Assembly (NCBI GenBank): GCA_965218585.1
Contig: CBDCLE010000017.1
Span: 160,001 to 224,000 of the forward strand
Reading direction: 5' to 3'
Source of the DNA: Terriglobia bacterium
GTDB taxonomy: Bacteria > Acidobacteriota > Terriglobia > 20CM-2-55-15
DNA length: 64,000 nt
In this document: one piece after another, positions 58,803-64,000 of the stretch
Position numbering within the stretch: the first letter of the stretch is position 1
Layout of the letters: each line of letters begins with the position of its first letter
The notes under the pieces: model-generated
Databases searched by the model: none
Seen by the model: the letters and a program-made list of their open reading frames with translations, nothing else
What the model was told of the DNA's origin: nothing
Translations under genes and position numbers: made by a program

Positions 58803-59216
58803 TTACTCCCCATAAACGTTTCCGCAAGCTAGGACTCTTTCTGTCGATCCGAGCCACTTGCGAGCCTCGACGGTGTCTCGGAAGACTCTCAGTTCTAGGC
58901 CCTCTTTTTCGGCAAAAGCCGAAAGCATTCTAGCCAACCCGAATCTAAGATCCGCTGAAACAACCCATGCGGCACGCTTGGCGATGGGGATCGGCAACGA
59001 GGCCAGGAACTTGGCAAAGGAGCGGAGCTCGTCGGACGAAAAGACTGCTTCCGAGCGACGAATGTCCATATGAAGACAGCAATCTCGGATGCTTGTCGAC
59101 TCCTTAAGCCCCGCTGAGATTGCTGCCTGTACCTCAGCAAGGCTGTACTTGCCCTCAGCAACAATGAAGAGGGTTTCACCTTCCTGAATCCGTGATAGGC
59201 GAACCGGTTCGTACAT
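58803..59216 (-). CDS. Hypothetical STAS/SEC14 (SpoIIAA-like) protein
   Basis: MDIR..AWVV..FGLARM..RVFRD..EARKWL pattern; GGAGG RBS. Confidence 0.6.
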   Translation of the reverse strand: MYEPVRLSRIQEGETLFIVAEGKYSLAEVQAAISAGLKESTSIRDCCLHMDIRRSEAVFSSDELRSFAKFLASLPIPIAKRAAWVVSADLRFGLARMLSAFAEKEGLELRVFRDTVEARKWLGSTERVLACGNVYGE

Positions 59217-59361
59217 TTCTTACCTCCGATGGGAGAAGTCCGTTCCTTTCCCGACGTGTTTCGATCCCTGTGCGTTACTTCAGTCGTTAGCGACCTCCTT
59301 GTCGGCAAAGGTAGGAGGCCGCGATCAGAGCGGCAGCCGTCCACGACATCCCCGCTACACC

Positions 59362-59757
59362 CTAGGCGTGCAGATGGAAGACCTTGTTCATAATCTTCCA
59401 CCCCCCGTCGACTCTTAGCAGTGTGAATAAGTCGGTGAACCGGTAACCGGTCCAGTTGTCGAGTTCAAGCCGCACGGTGGCGACTGTGTCAACTAGGTCG
59501 ATGCTAGCGATCCGTGCTTGGAGCCCGGCAGCTGGACCGTTCTCGTCATTCCAGTCAAAGAGCTGCTGGATGGGGCCGGCGAACAGGTCGGCACCGACAT
59601 AACCGAAGATTGTCGCGTCCCTGTGGAACGCTGGTTTCATGTCGTCGCCTTTCCCGGACTTTGCGCCATCGATGTAATGCTGGATGACCGCGGCGATCTG
59701 GTCATGCTGTGTCTCCGTTTCTGTACCCACGTGGTTTGTTTCGTTACTGAGTGCCAT
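59362..59757 (-). CDS. NTF2-fold putative lumazine-binding protein
   Basis: IQHYIDG, AFHRDA, FTDLFTLLRVDGGWKIMNKVF; AGGAG RBS. Confidence 0.85.
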   Translation of the reverse strand: MALSNETNHVGTETETQHDQIAAVIQHYIDGAKSGKGDDMKPAFHRDATIFGYVGADLFAGPIQQLFDWNDENGPAAGLQARIASIDLVDTVATVRLELDNWTGYRFTDLFTLLRVDGGWKIMNKVFHLHA

Positions 59758-59998
59758 ACTGTCTCCTTTTTTTCGAATTGGTGAGTGTCTCGCACTACGT
59801 CCTCAAACCGCGGTACAACTCCGGCGTTCGCAGTGCGAGTCCATAAAGTGAACAATCGGTCGTCAGGGCGTGTATCGGTCCAGCAGGTCCGTGATCGTCC
59901 GCCTGGCCTGACGAGGTAATTCCTTGCTCATTGTTTCTCTCTCCTTCGTGGTCATGGTTGTGAGCGCCTTCGGGACGGGTGCTCCCGATCATCACGTG

Positions 59999-60985
59999 TC
60001 AATGACGCACTGGTTCTAAGTACGCCTTCTGGAGATTCCATTTATGTAGACCGGCGATGAATGGCCGTGCTGCTGCTAACCCCGGAGGAAGTTCGTACCC
60101 GGGTCCCAGATCGTGCTCTAGCAGGGTCACCAGTGAAGAGCCAGACCGGTGCGCACTGCGTACTAGCTCGATCAACTCTGCGAGATAGCGGACATAGCGT
60201 CCAAAGATCGCGGTCGTGGTTGGGATGCCGTGACCGGGTATGATCGTCTGAACTTCCAAGGTGGCTGCGAATCGGGAGATCGTTTCCAGGTATGCTCCCG
60301 GCTGCCCCTCGATCAGCAAAGGAATGGTTCCTTCGCCGATTACAAGGTTCCCGGTCCACGCGGTCTGGGTCTGCGGCTCGTAGACCACGGTGTCACCGGC
60401 CGTGTTTCCCGGACCAAAGTGGTGGACGTCGGCGTATCGACCGCCCAGATCCAGCCGGATGTGATCTTCAAACTCCAAGTCCGGTAGACGGAGCTCAACT
60501 CCCTCAAAGACTGCGGCATCATCATTGACTGTCGGTAGCAGGAAGGTACGTTCGAATTCGAAGCGCTGCATATGCCGCGCCGTTTCGCGGTGGGCAACGA
60601 TGATCGTCTCGGACGGAAAGGCGTAATTTCCGAACGTGTGATCGCCATGATAGTTGGTGTTGATCAGGTAGAGGATCGGCTTTTGCGTCACCCGACCGAC
60701 GGCATCCTGAATCTGTTGGGCCATATTGCCGTTGATATGGGCATCAATGACCAGGACTCCCTGCTCGCCGACTATGAACCCGCTGTTATCGACTCCGGGG
60801 TGATTGGAGAGCAGGGCGTAGACGTCGCTTCCGAGCGGCCGGGTTACGAGCGTGATGCCTTCCGGGTGGAGCGGCGGGGAGATAAACCCCGCCGGGCTAT
60901 CCAAATTCAGGGGGCGTTGCTCCGCCGACGCAGGCAGGAGCAGTACGACGAGAACCATTGCTACGATTGCTGTTTTCAGTTTCAC
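59999..60985 (-). CDS. Secreted MBL-fold metallo-hydrolase with atypical metal ligands
   Basis: TNYHGDH instead of THxHxDH, GNTAGD, TGNL, PGHG; signal peptide. Confidence 0.8.
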   Translation of the reverse strand: MKLKTAIVAMVLVVLLLPASAEQRPLNLDSPAGFISPPLHPEGITLVTRPLGSDVYALLSNHPGVDNSGFIVGEQGVLVIDAHINGNMAQQIQDAVGRVTQKPILYLINTNYHGDHTFGNYAFPSETIIVAHRETARHMQRFEFERTFLLPTVNDDAAVFEGVELRLPDLEFEDHIRLDLGGRYADVHHFGPGNTAGDTVVYEPQTQTAWTGNLVIGEGTIPLLIEGQPGAYLETISRFAATLEVQTIIPGHGIPTTTAIFGRYVRYLAELIELVRSAHRSGSSLVTLLEHDLGPGYELPPGLAAARPFIAGLHKWNLQKAYLEPVRH

Positions 60986-61109
60986 TTTTCTATCTCCTTC
61001 AATGTTTTAGGTGTTGACGTATCGTTCCGTTCCAAAGAACAAAGACTTTGACGCGGATCCTTACCCTAATTTGTGTGTCAAAGCTGACATTGTGTTTAGC
61101 TCCTTGTTA

Positions 61110-61126
61110 TAGAATGAACGTTCCAA
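61110..61126. promoter_or_regulatory. Candidate TetR operator upstream of the MBL gene
   Basis: Reverse complement TTGGAACGTTCATTCTA matches TTGGAACGATCAGTCAA at 61754-61770 in 14 of 17 positions. Confidence 0.55.
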
Positions 61127-61149
61127 AACTAGTCAAAAAATATATGCGC

Positions 61150-61734
61150 TTACTTCAGTGCTGAAACTGCGATGTCGACGACGTCTTGCAGTTCCCTTCG
61201 GCTGTGGGCCGACTTGCCCAAGACCATCAATCCTTGGATCGTCGCGATCACGAATCGAGTTTGGGCGCGCGTGTTCGTGCGCGGTGGAAGTTCGTCCGCT
61301 TTCACAGCGCGGTCCAGCGTTTCACGGACCAGGTTGCCGATCTGCCGAAACACTCCCTTTAGCGTTTTCGCCACCATAGGATCCCGGGGTGATAACTCGA
61401 CGGCGCAGTTTGTGACCATGCAACCCCACTGATGGCCGTCGCTGGCGAGCGTCGCAACCTCATTGAGCATGGTTCGGACGTTTCCCAAAGGGGAACCGGG
61501 TGCTTTGAGCACCGTCTTCCATCGCTTGCTAAGCCCAGTGACGTAATGATCGAACGCTGCCTCGAACAGCGCGTGTTTGTCGCCGAACGTGTCGTACATG
61601 CTGCCGCGGTTGATCCCCATCGCGTTGAGCAGGTCCTGGACACTGGTGGCATCGTAGCCTTTAGCCCAGAAGGTTTCCATGGCCTTCCCCAGAGCCTCTT
61701 CCCGCTCAAACTGTCTTGGTCTTCCGACTACCAT
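61150..61734 (-). CDS. TetR-family regulator (NemR/ComR-like)
   Basis: GRPRQF, FWAKGYDATS, GINRGSMYDTFGDK, GCMVTN; ATG 61734. Confidence 0.9.
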   Translation of the reverse strand: MVVGRPRQFEREEALGKAMETFWAKGYDATSVQDLLNAMGINRGSMYDTFGDKHALFEAAFDHYVTGLSKRWKTVLKAPGSPLGNVRTMLNEVATLASDGHQWGCMVTNCAVELSPRDPMVAKTLKGVFRQIGNLVRETLDRAVKADELPPRTNTRAQTRFVIATIQGLMVLGKSAHSRRELQDVVDIAVSALK

Positions 61735-61741
61735 GGCCCAG

Positions 61742-61770
61742 AGCTTACACATTTTGGAACGATCAGTCAA
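61742..61770 (-). promoter_or_regulatory. Candidate tetR promoter with overlapping operator
   Basis: Minus strand TTGACT-N17-TAAGCT, 7 nt before the ATG. Confidence 0.55.
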
Positions 61771-62152
61771 CAACTATCTGACAAGCTTCTAAGCAATGAG
61801 GTGGCACCTCAAAACTGATAGACGTTCGATGCGGAGTGGATCGCATTGAAACCATTTTCGTAGGTCAGTCTCTGCGGGCAGCCAAGCCATGCTGTTTCAT
61901 TCAAGGAGATCACGAGCCCGTACTGGCTAAACGAGCGACGGCTTCGGGATCACAAGATTACGCTTATTGGAGAAAAGATCACCCGAGCCGCTACTGAAGG
62001 ACCCATGAGACCAATCGGTGGCAAGGAGTAGCGAGCGAACCACTCAAATTGCAAAGTCGGCAGACCTTCCGCAGCCACACGGACGTATAACCGGCTACAC
62101 GTCAAGCTCCAAAATGCCCGAGCATTTATAGGCGTTTCGAACAGTTCAGACT

Positions 62153-62850
62153 TCATCGCTTTTTAACGTCCATCTTTTTCATCCGTGACGTGAGCGTCGT
62201 CGGTTTGATGCCGAGCATCTTTGCCGCACCATCAGGTCCGTAAACGCGCCAATTGGTCTGTTTCAGTGCCCGGAGGGTGTTCTCCCGCTCGAGGCGGCGT
62301 AAAGCGGTCTCCGTGATCACGTCCGTGGTCTCCCTTGGACCGGACTGATTAGCCATATCAGCTGTCGATCCACCCATTGCCAGGTTCAGGTCAAACCCCT
62401 TACCACGCTGCGTGATCAGCGTTCGCTCTAGAACGTTTTCCAATTCCCGCACATTGCCGGGCCAGTCGAAGGCTTGAAGGGTTCGTACCTCATCCGCTCT
62501 CAACGCTCGGACCGGTCGATTCAATTTCCGCGACAGACGTTCCAGCCAGTGCGTGGCCAGGAGCGAGATGTCCTCTCTACGGTGCCTCAGAGGAGGGACT
62601 TCGATAGGGAAAACGTTGAGTCGATAATACAGGTCTTGCCGGAATCGCTCCGCTTGGATCTCATGTTTGAGGTTCCGATTCGTGGCAGCTATGACTCGGA
62701 CATCAATCTTATGGGTCTTTCCCTCACCCAGGCGTTCGTATTCCCCTTCTTGCAGCACGCGGAGCAACTTGCTCTGCATCTCTAGCGGGATTTCACCAAC
62801 CTCATCCAGAAACAAGGTGCCTTCATCAGCAAGCTGGAACCGACCCGCTG
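62153..62850 (-). pseudogene. Sigma-54-dependent activator (FhlA/NtrC-like), C-terminal fragment
   Basis: GRFQLADEGTLFLDEVGE, RVIAATNR, DLYYRLNVFPI, WPGNVREL, Fis HTH; Walker A and GAFTGA are absent. Confidence 0.85.
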
Positions 62851-63777
62851 ACCCTGTGTGTTCTTTCCGGGATCGCAACGTTTCTGGACAAGTTGAAGAG
62901 TCTTGGGATTTATGATCGTACGGCCATTGTCATTTCCGGGGATCACGGCATCAATATTCCCCCGTATGACCAGGTACAGCCGCCTTTCAACGCGAGTCTG
63001 TCTCCTGGGCTGAACGGTTCCGCGAGGCCGGCCTTGTTGATAAAGCCGATGAACCAATCGCAGTCGCTGAGGATCAGCGACGCGCCGACAAGCCTGTTGG
63101 ACGTTGCTGCTACAGCGTTAGAACTTGTTGGAATCGACAACAAGATGTATGGGCGGTCAGCGTATTCGATCGCGGATAACCAGCCGCGGCGGCGGCTCTT
63201 CACTCCATACTCGATCGCCGATCTCTGGGGCACCGACCCGGTACCATACGACGTTTACGAGGTGACCGGAGACGTCCGTGACGGCCGGAACTGGAAACTG
63301 ACGGGGATCGTGGTCAATCGGACGGCGCCAGCGGACTACCAGGAAGTCACGTACACTTCTGCGGGACCATTTCTTCGCGGCGCGCTCATGAGCCCGGATT
63401 CCGAGAGTGACGGCAGTTGGATCACGAGTCATCAGCTCGGTTTCATTGTCTCTCCGACAGCGGAAACCCGTGCTGTCGAGGAGTTGGCCTTGACTCTACA
63501 CATCCCGGACTGGATTCAAGAACAGTCCTTTACGCTGTCGATCAATGGTCAGATACTGGAGCGGAATATAGCCGTACCTGAAGTCCAGGATTTCTGGCAG
63601 GAGGTGGTGGTCGGAATACCGGCGGGTCGGATACAGGAGGGGGTGAACTTCGTGTCCGTTGAGTTCGAGACGGTCGGGGTTTCGCCGGATCCTCAACTGT
63701 TCAGGGCATCCGCACTAGTGAGGTCGATCGTCTTCAGGCAGAAGTCGGAGGAAGCCTCTTTGCCCGGAGGCGCCTGA
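62851..63777 (+). pseudogene. Sulfatase/alkaline-phosphatase-superfamily protein, C-terminal fragment
   Basis: FLDKLKSLGIYDRTAIVISGDHG, PALLIKP, SLLDVAAT; N-terminus missing. Confidence 0.65.
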
Positions 63778-63811
63778 CGGACGGAGAGACCGATGTTGCA
63801 GGGCAACGCCC

Positions 63812-63979
63812 GAGGTGGTGGAGGCCAAGGCCGCAGCGACGGTGATAGCAGCCGATTTGCGCGGCCTAAGCAAGCTTGCGAAAGCTTCCGGCACGTGCTT
63901 TGCCGGTGGCGTAGTGCTCTATGACGGCGAGACCGCCACGCGGATCCGCAACGGCCTTTATGCCGTGCCGATCCACTGA
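63812..63979 (+). pseudogene. C-terminal remnant of a DUF4143 AAA+ ATPase-associated domain
   Basis: EAKAAATV..DLRGL..FAGGVVLYDGE..LYAVP. Confidence 0.55.
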
Positions 63980-64000
63980 TTGTGGAACACTTCATGCGCG

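Noticed and set aside
58740-58810. Integron attC site
   Set aside because: TAAC/GTTA cores are present, but there is no convincing L-box palindrome and no integron integrase in the window
1-64000. CRISPR array or cas genes
   Set aside because: I saw no regularly spaced repeat-spacer series and no cas motifs; the RTs are not next to cas1

Overview
Bacterial window in two parts; an Acidobacteriota-like host is inferred from gene content, not shown. About 1-27.3 kb is mostly chromosomal housekeeping: a radical SAM protein, TPM/nucleotidyltransferase/LemA, a frameshifted class III cyclase with a long coiled coil, an opp/dpp ABC operon, prolyl oligopeptidase, sufT, tadA and a permease-less TolC/MFP/ATPase operon, ending at tRNA-Ser(CGA). 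The opp operon contains six genes for apparently secreted proteins: three tandem Cys-rich paralogs, a distant fourth homolog, an MBL hydrolase and a SnoaL-like protein. Past the tRNA lies a decaying mobile/defence region. It holds a Gabija-like OLD+UvrD pair, an HsdR remnant, a putative HEPN protein, an HD hydrolase and a ~1,700-codon exonuclease-RecQ-UvrD fusion broken by two in-frame TAGs. It also holds two group II introns with WADD reverse transcriptases (apparently nested, with an IS1182 inside), an integrated parA/higBA/repA plasmid remnant, a 108-bp MITE, IS256/IS1182/IS701 elements, an IS-disrupted htrA and several gene fragments. Several frameshifts lie in homopolymers and may be sequencing errors. 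All family calls come from reading motifs by eye; no database search was run.
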